From assembly GCA_965263295.1 (NCBI GenBank), contig OZ253665.1, positions 1,824,001 through 1,888,000 on the forward strand: a stretch of DNA of 64,000 bases, written 5' to 3'. The position numbers and the translations under genes were made by a program. This DNA is from Spirochaetia bacterium. Its GTDB lineage: Bacteria > Spirochaetota > Spirochaetia > SP-2023. This document shows, piece after piece, positions 38,595 through 47,444 of this stretch (the stretch's first letter is position 1; each line of letters begins with the position of its first letter). Below the pieces are notes generated by a model. It was not told the origin of the DNA and made no database searches. It was given only the letters and a program-made list of their open reading frames with translations.

Positions 38595-39727
38595 TTGAAA
38601 TTATTTCCAGAGGTGAAGATAGTAGATATCAATTTAAGGAGAATCTGCATAATGTCGATTCCCTGGCTGGAGAAATAGTTGCCTTCTGTAATTCTGGGGG
38701 CGGCACAATTATTGTTGGAGTCAACGATAAAACTTTAGCAGTAACAGGGCTGCGTCCTGAAGATATTGCAAGGCTCAATCAATTATTGTCAAACGCAGCA
38801 TCTCAGTCTGTTAAACCTCCTATCAATCCACAGTCTGAGAATGTCGCTCATCCAGATGGTTTAGTCATGGTTATTAATATCCCGGATGGAATTAGTAAAC
38901 CATATATGGATAATAAAAGTTCAATTTGGGTAAAGTGCGGCAGTGATAAGCGAAAAGTTACTAGCCGCGAAGAAATGCAGCGAATTTTTCAGTCTGCTGG
39001 CTTAATTCATGGCGATGAGCTCCCTGCTAATGGTTTACCTATTTCAGATATTGATTTGCCATTTTTTGAAGGTTTCTTCCAAAGAGAGTATGCAGAAACT
39101 ATAGAAGAGCAAGAGAATCCGCTACCAAGCATTTTGGAATATATGAATCTTGCTAAAGCTGGAGTCTTCAATGTCGCCGGTGCATTACTTTTTGCAAAAA
39201 ATACACATTTCCGGTTGCCAACTTTTATTATCAAAACAGTAGCTTATCCTGGCAATATCATCTCTACAGACAAATACTTAGACAGCAGAGATATAAATGG
39301 GAAAATTTCCGATATGTTTCAGCAGGCGATTTCTTTTATTTCCGTGAATGTTCGACATCCACAAAACCAAAAAGTTATAAATTCTGTCGGGGATACTCTA
39401 ATTCCCCAAATTGTCCTTGAAGAACTAATTGCCAATGCTTTAATACATCGTGATTATTTTACTACGGCCCCAATTCGAGTCTTGGTATTTGCGGACAGAG
39501 TGGAGATTATTAGCCCGGGTCATCTCCCCAATAACCTGACTGTAGAAAATATAATCTTGGGCAACTCAAATATCAGAAACCCTATTCTGGCTTCTTTTGC
39601 AGCAAAATTACTGCCCTATCGGGGGCTCGGTAGAGGAATTATAAAGGCTTTAAAAGCTTATCCCAACAAAATCAAATTCAAGGATGATCGTGACGGTAAT
39701 ATGTTTAAAGTAAGTATTAGTCTGTAA
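38576..39727 (+). CDS. Schlafen/AlbA_2 domain plus GHKL-like (RecG_C/HATPase_c_4) domain protein
   Basis: GEDSRYQFKE..IVAFCNSGGGTIIVGVND; EELIANALIHRDY, EIISPG, RNPILA, RGLGRGI; 19-bp overlap with the upstream gene. Confidence 0.85.
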   Translation: METSELIEIISRGEDSRYQFKENLHNVDSLAGEIVAFCNSGGGTIIVGVNDKTLAVTGLRPEDIARLNQLLSNAASQSVKPPINPQSENVAHPDGLVMVINIPDGISKPYMDNKSSIWVKCGSDKRKVTSREEMQRIFQSAGLIHGDELPANGLPISDIDLPFFEGFFQREYAETIEEQENPLPSILEYMNLAKAGVFNVAGALLFAKNTHFRLPTFIIKTVAYPGNIISTDKYLDSRDINGKISDMFQQAISFISVNVRHPQNQKVINSVGDTLIPQIVLEELIANALIHRDYFTTAPIRVLVFADRVEIISPGHLPNNLTVENIILGNSNIRNPILASFAAKLLPYRGLGRGIIKALKAYPNKIKFKDDRDGNMFKVSISL

Positions 39728-39957
39728 GGAAAGATCTTAAGCGACTGAAACGAAGAGGGTGTTTGAGGACATCCGCCGGCTGAGAAGATAATAGTTATGC
39801 AAGGTAGCTTGGGCTCTGCCTGTAAGATCCTTTATAGATTTGCCAGCCGAAGTCGACCATGACTTACGAAAAGAATAAATAAATCTATAACTAAAAGCTA
39901 GGTGTATATCAAATTTCAAACAAATAACTTAATCAGCCAATGGATTAAGTTGTTAAG

Positions 39958-40620
39958 CTACTGGCTTGAAAGAGTGTGATCCCAAACAGATATCCGATAA
40001 TTTACGACATCATCAATAGTCAAAACTACCATGTCGTTTTTTACTGCAAAATTTATTATTGTTGGCAATTTTGCCATTGAACCATCCTCGTTTGTCAGCT
40101 CACATAAAACAGCAGCTGGCATAAAACCGGCCATTTCAACCAGGTCGACACTACCTTCCGTGTGTCCACGTCTGCTTAATACTCCACCAGTTCTGGCCCT
40201 TAAAGGAAAAATATGGCCGGGACGATTTAAATCTTCAGGTTTACAATTGGGATTAACCGCTGTTTTTATAGTTGTAACCCGATCCTGTGCAGATACTCCT
40301 GTAGTTATACCAACACTTGCTTCTATCGATACAGTAAAAGCGGTCTCATATTTACTGGTATTATTCTTTACCATTTGTGGTAATTGCAATTGCTGAATTT
40401 TTTCATCAGTAAGGCAGAGACAAACTATACCACTGCATTCTTTTATTAGCATTGCCATCTGGCTATTGGTAATAGTTGCGGCCGGGAAAATAATGTCGCC
40501 TTCGTTTTCACGATCTTCATCGTCAACCAAGAGTATACCTTTGCCATTTTTAAGGTCTAACAAAGCCCGTTCTATTCGCGCGCTTGAATCTCCAAATTCA
40601 GTTAAAAGGTGATTTTCCAT
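39958..40620 (-). CDS. ribB: 3,4-dihydroxy-2-butanone-4-phosphate synthase
   Basis: [40 protein letters not shown]. Confidence 0.96.
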   Translation of the reverse strand: MENHLLTEFGDSSARIERALLDLKNGKGILLVDDEDRENEGDIIFPAATITNSQMAMLIKECSGIVCLCLTDEKIQQLQLPQMVKNNTSKYETAFTVSIEASVGITTGVSAQDRVTTIKTAVNPNCKPEDLNRPGHIFPLRARTGGVLSRRGHTEGSVDLVEMAGFMPAAVLCELTNEDGSMAKLPTIINFAVKNDMVVLTIDDVVNYRISVWDHTLSSQ

Positions 40621-40653
40621 TTTTAACTCTCCTTTTTAATTCTCCTTGATGAA

Positions 40654-41799
40654 TCAGCTGCGGGGGGCATTGGGGGCGGGCACAAATTCACCGTTGCGAA
40701 ACACAGAAAAGTAGACTTGACTGGGGTACTTCTTAGCTTTAGCCAGCTGTTTGTTGTGCCCCTGGTAAATTTGTGACTGTCCGGCAAGTTGGTTTCCCAC
40801 TTCAGAATCAACCTTGCCCAATGGTTCTCCCTTGCGGATCTCTTGCCCCGTGTTGACAAGAAAGTGTACATTGCCGCCATAGAGGTAGATATAGCCATCT
40901 TCACTGGCTACTAATGTCACTGAGCCATAGCTGCGGTAGGGCCCCTGCCACAGTACTCTGCCGTCGCGTACAGAATAGACCAGGCTCTGGTCGCGTGCCA
41001 TTATACGTACCCCCTCAACCTTGCCGTTCAAGGCTTCGCGACGCCCAGAAGCCGGCCAGTAGTAATCCTCTTTCGCCACGTCGTTAGAGATTTCACTGCT
41101 TTGTGCCGACACATTGTGCCTAGGTTTAGGCCGGCTTTCCTCCGCCAAGGCTTTGACGACAATTTTTTGCCCTTGTTTGAGCATGCCGTTGGCACTCAGG
41201 CCATTCAGCTCCAGTAATTCATCCGTAGACATGAAGTACTTGCGGGCGATGGCATAATAGGTTTCGCCTGGGGCGACGGTATGGATACTGTAGCCACTCT
41301 TGATGCTTTCTTCTGAGCGTTTGCCGCGACCGGGGAAATTTTTGGCCGGAATTTTGAGCAGCATTCCCAGTTTGAGTTCCGAACTATTTTCCAGCTCATT
41401 GACACTCATTATTTCGTTGACCGAGACTCCATAACGCCGGGCCAGCGAATATAGCGTATCTCCACTGCGGACCTCATAGTCTTGGGTCGGGGTGTCGTAG
41501 GCGACCAGCCGGGTCGCCAGTGCAAGGATCAGAGACAACGGGACAAAATACCGGTGGAAACTTGGCGTCGTCGTGGCGCTTGTATCCTGGCTTTCGCGCT
41601 TATCAGCTGGACCAGTCGTGGCGAAACCAGGCAAAAACATCGACCACAAAGTATGCCTGGCCCGAATCAAGATGATATGTTTTGCAGCATGCTGGTTTGC
41701 CATTGATAATTCCCCCTCCAATCTATGGACGTGGCCAAGCTTATTCAAAATATTTGCAAGGACAAGCTTATTTGTCGCAATTTTCTGTATCGCGATCAA
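40654..41799 (-). CDS. LysM-LysM-M23-like (NlpD-type) protein
   Basis: Two LysM repeats (YEVRSGDTLYSLA, HTVAPGETYYAIA) and a degenerate M23 domain (WPASG..., YLYGG, VYFSVFRNG) lacking the HxH ligands; true start probably downstream. Confidence 0.85.
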   Translation of the reverse strand: MIAIQKIATNKLVLANILNKLGHVHRLEGELSMANQHAAKHIILIRARHTLWSMFLPGFATTGPADKRESQDTSATTTPSFHRYFVPLSLILALATRLVAYDTPTQDYEVRSGDTLYSLARRYGVSVNEIMSVNELENSSELKLGMLLKIPAKNFPGRGKRSEESIKSGYSIHTVAPGETYYAIARKYFMSTDELLELNGLSANGMLKQGQKIVVKALAEESRPKPRHNVSAQSSEISNDVAKEDYYWPASGRREALNGKVEGVRIMARDQSLVYSVRDGRVLWQGPYRSYGSVTLVASEDGYIYLYGGNVHFLVNTGQEIRKGEPLGKVDSEVGNQLAGQSQIYQGHNKQLAKAKKYPSQVYFSVFRNGEFVPAPNAPRS

Positions 41800-41825
41800 A
41801 AAGCTGTAAAAATTTCTGGCTTGAG

Positions 41826-43112
41826 TCAGTTTTGAAAACCTCTTACTGAGCGCGATTTTTCTCCTTCGTGACTGTGGAGGTGGATATCCATTTGGGCAAA
41901 GGGGATTGTGATTCCATGATCACGGAAAACTCGCCACACTTCCATGTAGAACCAGTGGGTGGCTGCGCGGTAGACGTCGATGTTTTCGATCATGATGCGC
42001 ACTTCAAAGTCGATGGACGAGGCACCAAAAGCCTTGAGCCAGACATCATTGCCGACTCCCAGCTCTTGAAAGCTGACAAACTCCTGGGACTGCTGGTATG
42101 ACGCTTTTTCTGTCGCCGTGGGGCCATCTGAATCTTTTAGAGATATGGCGGAGTCTTGTTGGGAATCTATGGTTTCAGCTGGACTGGATATCTGCGGCCC
42201 TCGCTCTGGTAGATAAGGGTTGCGCAGTATGATTTGCTTAATTAATTTTAATACATGATCTAGGTCACTTTCATAGCTGACGCCCAATGGCAAGTGCAGT
42301 TGTACCGTGCGGTTTTTGTTGTAAGAGGCGTTTTCGATAATTTCATTGAGCAAATACTGGTTGGGGATAATCAGGTTTTCGTATTCGGTGGTCAGAACGA
42401 TGGTACTCATCAGCCCAATGCGTTCGACGGTGCCAAATGCATTGGGCGTGCGGATGAAGTCGCCACACTGAATGTGACCATTGAGCAGTAGGGTAATGCC
42501 GGAGACGAAGTTAGCGGCCATATTCTGCAAGCCAAAACCAACTCCCAGGCCGAGGGCACCGAGAATGACGCTCAGGGACGAGAGGTTTATGCCGACCAAG
42601 TTGATGCCGAAAAGGCAGAATAGCAGGAGTAAAACGTAGTGGCTGATTGTCAGCAAAGCTTGAATATTGTTTTTGTACAGGCGTTTCCTCAGTCTGCGGC
42701 TGTGTTCAAAGTTCAGCTCTAAGAGTTTGACGACACCCTCTGCCAGGCGGCTGGCCAGGAAGAAGATCGGCAGTAGCAGCGACAAAGAAATCAGACTGGG
42801 GCCGCTGTCCTTGCCAAAGAGTGGGCTAGTCAGGACTTTGCCAAATAAGCTAAAGCCTTCTTTCAGCTGTGGAAAATAAAAAGCTAGAGGCGGGTATAAA
42901 GCCAGTAGGAAGATGAACCAGCGAGAGTGCTGCCAGAACAGAAACAGACTGCGCATCCAATTATTTGCTTGGTTTTGCAAACGGGAGTTTTTAGTGCTCT
43001 GGCGCCTTAACAACCAGTAGATTGCGGCATAGCCGAGCAGCCAGGCGAGCATTGGCAATAAGCCAATCGTGATGAACTGCCGGTTGAGCAGCTGTGAAAA
43101 AAAGCTTTGCAA
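41826..43112 (-). CDS. Small-conductance mechanosensitive channel (MscS family)
   Basis: GALGLGVGFGLQN..NFVSG, IIPN, VSYESDL, FGASSIDF, IPFAQ. Confidence 0.92.
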   Translation of the reverse strand: MQSFFSQLLNRQFITIGLLPMLAWLLGYAAIYWLLRRQSTKNSRLQNQANNWMRSLFLFWQHSRWFIFLLALYPPLAFYFPQLKEGFSLFGKVLTSPLFGKDSGPSLISLSLLLPIFFLASRLAEGVVKLLELNFEHSRRLRKRLYKNNIQALLTISHYVLLLLFCLFGINLVGINLSSLSVILGALGLGVGFGLQNMAANFVSGITLLLNGHIQCGDFIRTPNAFGTVERIGLMSTIVLTTEYENLIIPNQYLLNEIIENASYNKNRTVQLHLPLGVSYESDLDHVLKLIKQIILRNPYLPERGPQISSPAETIDSQQDSAISLKDSDGPTATEKASYQQSQEFVSFQELGVGNDVWLKAFGASSIDFEVRIMIENIDVYRAATHWFYMEVWRVFRDHGITIPFAQMDIHLHSHEGEKSRSVRGFQN

Positions 43113-43154
43113 GTTTCTTCCCTGTCGAGTTCTAATCAGCTTAATGTCTGATTA

Positions 43155-45953
43155 TTATTGGCTATGCATCGCTTCTGGGGCCGCCGCGCTGGCCCCAGCA
43201 CTACTTTTTTTACGGGCTTTCTTGGGGGCCACAGCTTTAGTTGGCGCGGCGGCTTGCCCAGCACTGGCGGGCAGGGGCTTGGCATTGCGGCATTTAGGGT
43301 ATGCGGTACAAGCCAGGAAGGGACCGCGCCTGCCCATTTTTACAGCCATCTCACTGCCGCACTTTTCGCAGATCTCGCCTGTGATCTTAGGTAAAAAGAC
43401 GATATTACCGTCGGCATCTAGGGGGTGAGTATTCTTACAAGTGGGGTAAGCCGAGCAGGCTAGGAATTTTTGGCCGAAGCGCGAAGTTTTAACGAGCATT
43501 GGCTGCCCGCACTCTTCGCATTCATGGTCAATTTCTGGCAGGTCGGCTTCTCCTTGGGCCCCGTCGATTGATTGGGGAATTGACAGGGTGGTCTTACATT
43601 CGGGGTAGCCAGAACAGGCTAGGAATTTCTGTCCGAAGCGAGAGGTCTTGACGATCATCAGGCGGCCACAGCTTGGACAGTTCACCTCCTCTTGTCCGTC
43701 GGTACTTTCGCCCTCGCCCGGCATGGGACGCAGCCCTTTACATTCGGGATAGCGACTACAACTCAGAAAGGCGCCATTGCGCGAGTAGCGGATCACCATG
43801 GCACTTTGGCAGAGAGGACACTTCTCAGGCCCCGCGTAAGGACGGCCCTTCAGGGTCGCGGCATGCTCTGACGCGTAAACGACTTGCTCGTGGAATTTGC
43901 CATAAAAGCCTTCCATCATCTTGATCCAGTCAATCTGTCCCTGCTCAATCCTGTCCAGATCTTTTTCCATGCCGGCTGTGAATCGCAGATCCATAATTTG
44001 CGGGAAGTTCTTTTCGAGGACTTCTGTCACCGCAATGCCGAGTTCTGTAGCTCGGAAGGAGCGTTGTTCCAGACCTACATAACCGCGCTCGCGGATAGTT
44101 TTGATGATGGGGGCATACGTCGACGGGCGACCAATGCCTTCTTTTTCGAGGGCCTTGACCAGTCCGGCCTCGGTGTAGCGATTGGGCGGTTTGGTAAAGT
44201 GCTGCGAGGGAATAATTTCCTCTTTTTGCAGTCGGCTTCCCGCGGCAATATCGGGTAACATTGGCTCTTCGGTTGGTCCCCCTGATTCTCCTGGTTCCCC
44301 TGAACTCTGCTCCCCACCTTGGACCTGGTTCCCCTGGTCCTTCTGGTCCCCCTGGTTTTCTTGATCTTTGGCTTTACTTTTAAGTTTGCGTGCCCCCGTA
44401 CTGTTGTCGTTCCACAGTCGTGTAAAGCCATCAAAAATCATGATGCGCCCCCGACTTTCAAAGATACCCTCGCCTGCGTAAATGCGAAAGTGGCTTAAAG
44501 CGTAACGCGCGTCGGCCATTTGTGAGGCGACAAAGCGATTCCAAATCATAGTGTAGAGGCGGTGGCTATCTCGTTCCAGGTATGAGCGCACAAAATCGGG
44601 AGTCAGCGCCACGGAGGTGGGACGGATGGCTTCGTGGGCGTCCTGAGCGTTCGTCTGCTTGCCAAAAATACGCGCCTTCGGCTCCAAATAGTGTGGGGAA
44701 AAGTTTGCGGCGATATAGCCGCGCACTTCGTCGATAGCTTCGGGCTCAATGCGAGTTGAGTCCGTTCTCATGTAGGTAATTAGGCCTACGGGCCCGTCGC
44801 TGCCGATTTCGACGCCCTCGTAAAGTTTTTGCGCCAGGCCCATGGTGCGTGAAGGGCCAAAATTGAAAAGGTTGCTGGCGCTTTGTTGCAAGGTGGAGGT
44901 TATAAATGGGGCCGGAGGCTTGCGCCGCGTTTCTTTTTTTTGCACAGCGTCGAGTCGGAACTCGGCGCCTTCTAAGGCCGCTAGGACTTTCTGTACTTCC
45001 TCTTTGCATGACGCCGCCTTGCGGCCGAGGCCAAAGCGCTCGCCCTGCCATTGGCTCAGTTCGGCGTGGAAGCTGGCCCGTTTGCCTTCCAGATCGACAC
45101 CTGCGAGGCTGGCCTGTATCTTCCAGTATTCTTCAGATACAAAGGCGCGGATCTGTTTTTCGCGTTCGACGACTAGCCGTACCGCCACAGATTGTACACG
45201 GCCCGCAGAAAGCCGCATGGCCACTTTCTGCCACAGAAACGGCGAAAGCTCGTAACCGACCAAGCGGTCGAGGATGCGGCGGCCCTGTTGGGCATTCACC
45301 AAGTCCATATCAATGCTGCGCGGTCTGGCAATGGCCTCTAAAACAGCCTTTTTCGTAATGGCGCCGTAGCTTACCCGGTGTAAGGGTTTGTCTTGCACTT
45401 GCAGCACTTCGGCCAGGTGCCAGGCGATGGATTCTCCTTCGCGGTCGGGGTCGGGGGCGAGAAAGACTTCGGAAGCTTTAGCCGCATAAGCCTTCAACTC
45501 TTGTACGGTTTTTTCTTTTCCTGGAATGACTTGGTAGTCTGGGTTAAAGTCGTGTTGGATATCGATACCCAAGCCTTTGCGCGAGTTACCTTTCTGTGGC
45601 AGGTCGCGAACATGGCCGACAGAAGCTTTAATAACAAAGTCTGAACCGAGGAATTTACTCAGAGTGCGGGCTTTGGCCGGGCTCTCTACGATCAACAGCT
45701 TCTTGCCAGAACTTATCTTTGTACGACTACTGGCAGCGGCAGATTTTCTGCTCGTACGTTTCTTCGCCACCACTTGCTTCGTCGGTGCTTTTTTGCCAGT
45801 CGCCTTTGAGGCAGTCTTTGAGGCCGTCTTTGGGGTGGCCTTTTTTTTGGCTTTTTTAGCGGGTTTCTTGTCCGCGATTTTCTTGGCGATTGGGGAGACA
45901 GTCAATTTTTCCCCGGACGTATCTAGTGGTTTTGTTTCGTTTACAACTTCCAT
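43155..45953 (-). CDS. topA: DNA topoisomerase I
   Basis: IVESPAKA, DPDREGE, SAGRVQS, ITYMRTDS, GIGRPSTY; four C-terminal Cys4 zinc ribbons. Confidence 0.98.
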   Translation of the reverse strand: MEVVNETKPLDTSGEKLTVSPIAKKIADKKPAKKAKKKATPKTASKTASKATGKKAPTKQVVAKKRTSRKSAAASSRTKISSGKKLLIVESPAKARTLSKFLGSDFVIKASVGHVRDLPQKGNSRKGLGIDIQHDFNPDYQVIPGKEKTVQELKAYAAKASEVFLAPDPDREGESIAWHLAEVLQVQDKPLHRVSYGAITKKAVLEAIARPRSIDMDLVNAQQGRRILDRLVGYELSPFLWQKVAMRLSAGRVQSVAVRLVVEREKQIRAFVSEEYWKIQASLAGVDLEGKRASFHAELSQWQGERFGLGRKAASCKEEVQKVLAALEGAEFRLDAVQKKETRRKPPAPFITSTLQQSASNLFNFGPSRTMGLAQKLYEGVEIGSDGPVGLITYMRTDSTRIEPEAIDEVRGYIAANFSPHYLEPKARIFGKQTNAQDAHEAIRPTSVALTPDFVRSYLERDSHRLYTMIWNRFVASQMADARYALSHFRIYAGEGIFESRGRIMIFDGFTRLWNDNSTGARKLKSKAKDQENQGDQKDQGNQVQGGEQSSGEPGESGGPTEEPMLPDIAAGSRLQKEEIIPSQHFTKPPNRYTEAGLVKALEKEGIGRPSTYAPIIKTIRERGYVGLEQRSFRATELGIAVTEVLEKNFPQIMDLRFTAGMEKDLDRIEQGQIDWIKMMEGFYGKFHEQVVYASEHAATLKGRPYAGPEKCPLCQSAMVIRYSRNGAFLSCSRYPECKGLRPMPGEGESTDGQEEVNCPSCGRLMIVKTSRFGQKFLACSGYPECKTTLSIPQSIDGAQGEADLPEIDHECEECGQPMLVKTSRFGQKFLACSAYPTCKNTHPLDADGNIVFLPKITGEICEKCGSEMAVKMGRRGPFLACTAYPKCRNAKPLPASAGQAAAPTKAVAPKKARKKSSAGASAAAPEAMHSQ

Positions 45954-46410
45954 AAGCACCCTTTTTTATTGGCCATTTCCTTGTTTGCCGGCGGGAGAAT
46001 TCCGGCCGGCAAATTGAAAGTTTCTTGGCTAGCGACTTGTCTTGCGCCATCTTAGCACGCTTGCCGGCGTAGCTCTCAAATCCTTAATTTATCCCAGAAG
46101 GCTGCGCTTTGACAAGGGCCGAGAGTCATGCTTATTGAATATTTGACACTTGAGATCGTCTAGTCTAGGCGCTGGGGATTTTACGAGGCCATGGTTAGAT
46201 GCCTCTATGTATCTACATTAAGTCATTTATTAGTAGTTAAATAACGATGATGAAGGTTCCCGCGCGGTGAAGGCTTGGACTTCCGAGGCAGATGCGTTAC
46301 TATGGTGCGATTTTTCTGAAGTCGAGCTTTGGCTTGCGTCACAGACCGTCTGTTTTGCAAAAAACGAGGCTGCCATCACCACGAGGGCTGCCATCACCAA
46401 ATGGGGAATT

Positions 46411-47358
46411 ATGTGTGAAAAAAATTGTGATGAAGATTATCAGCGCGGCGTAATGGCTCGTTTTGGGGGCAATGTAATCAAGGGCTTATCTATTGGAGCT
46501 GCCAATATTGTGCCAGGGCTCTCGGGTGGGACCATTGCCCTGGTTCTCGGTATTTTTGAACGTTTGGTTCAAAGTATAAGGTCAATCGACAAGACGGCCT
46601 TAAAGCTATTGCTGCACGGTCGTTGGCGTGATTTCGCCCGGCATATTGATTTTGCTTTTGTCTTTGCTGTATTCATTGGGGTATTGCTCGGCAATGTGCT
46701 CCTCGCGAAGCTGCTTGGCTATTTGTTTGCTACTTACCGAGTCTATACTTGGTCTTTTTTCTTTGGTCTGGTATTGGCTTCACTCTACTTTGTGCTCAAA
46801 AGTATCGGGACTTGTTCTTGGGCAACTGTGCTCGCGTTCTTTTGTGGCTGTGGCACGGCTCTCTTCATTACCGCCTTGCCGCCGGCAGAAAGCAATGCGG
46901 CTGTCGGGTACTTGGTATTTTGCGGTATCATTGCTGTCTGCAGTATGATCCTGCCGGGCCTTTCGGGCTCCTACGTTTTGATTTTGCTGGGCAACTACCA
47001 TTTAGTAATGATACAAGGCGTGGGGCAGCTGCGTCTACAAATCCTCGGTCCCTTTCTCGGCGGGGCTCTGTTTGGCGTCCTGCTATTTGCAAGGTTTTTA
47101 GCTTACTTGTTGCAGAATTATCATAGCCAGACCATGGCTCTGCTCTGCGGTTTTATAGCCGGCTCTCTGCGTAGTTTGTGGCCATGGAAGCATGCAATTC
47201 TGCAAAGTTTTGGCGATAAAACAAAAATTGTCGCTTATAGTTACTTTGCCCCTGAACTGAATATGTCTCTGCTGTTTGCCATTATTCTGATTTTGCTGGG
47301 GGGCATACTCATTGTTGCCGCCGAGGCGATGGCCTCGCGCCGTTCAAAGAAGGACTGA
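46411..47358 (+). CDS. DUF368-family membrane protein (undecaprenyl-phosphate translocase family)
   Basis: GAANIVPGLSGGTIA and MILPGLSGS repeats; GSLRSLWPW; start uncertain. Confidence 0.88.
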   Translation: MCEKNCDEDYQRGVMARFGGNVIKGLSIGAANIVPGLSGGTIALVLGIFERLVQSIRSIDKTALKLLLHGRWRDFARHIDFAFVFAVFIGVLLGNVLLAKLLGYLFATYRVYTWSFFFGLVLASLYFVLKSIGTCSWATVLAFFCGCGTALFITALPPAESNAAVGYLVFCGIIAVCSMILPGLSGSYVLILLGNYHLVMIQGVGQLRLQILGPFLGGALFGVLLFARFLAYLLQNYHSQTMALLCGFIAGSLRSLWPWKHAILQSFGDKTKIVAYSYFAPELNMSLLFAIILILLGGILIVAAEAMASRRSKKD

Positions 47359-47390
47359 TTCTGGAGCGACTGAGCGTGAAAGTGGCAAAT

Positions 47391-47424
47391 AAAAAAAGGG
47401 AAGGGGAGTGCCCTCCCCCGTTTG
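47391..47424. terminator. Terminator hairpin downstream of the hydrogenase operon
   Basis: A7-GGGAAGGG..CCCTCCCC between convergent genes; U-tract on the minus strand. Confidence 0.55.
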
Positions 47425-47444
47425 TATGCTACTAAACGCAGTGC

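Noticed and set aside
46367..46399. Tandem GGCTGCCATCACCA duplication upstream of the DUF368 gene
   Set aside because: Only two copies and no supporting context.
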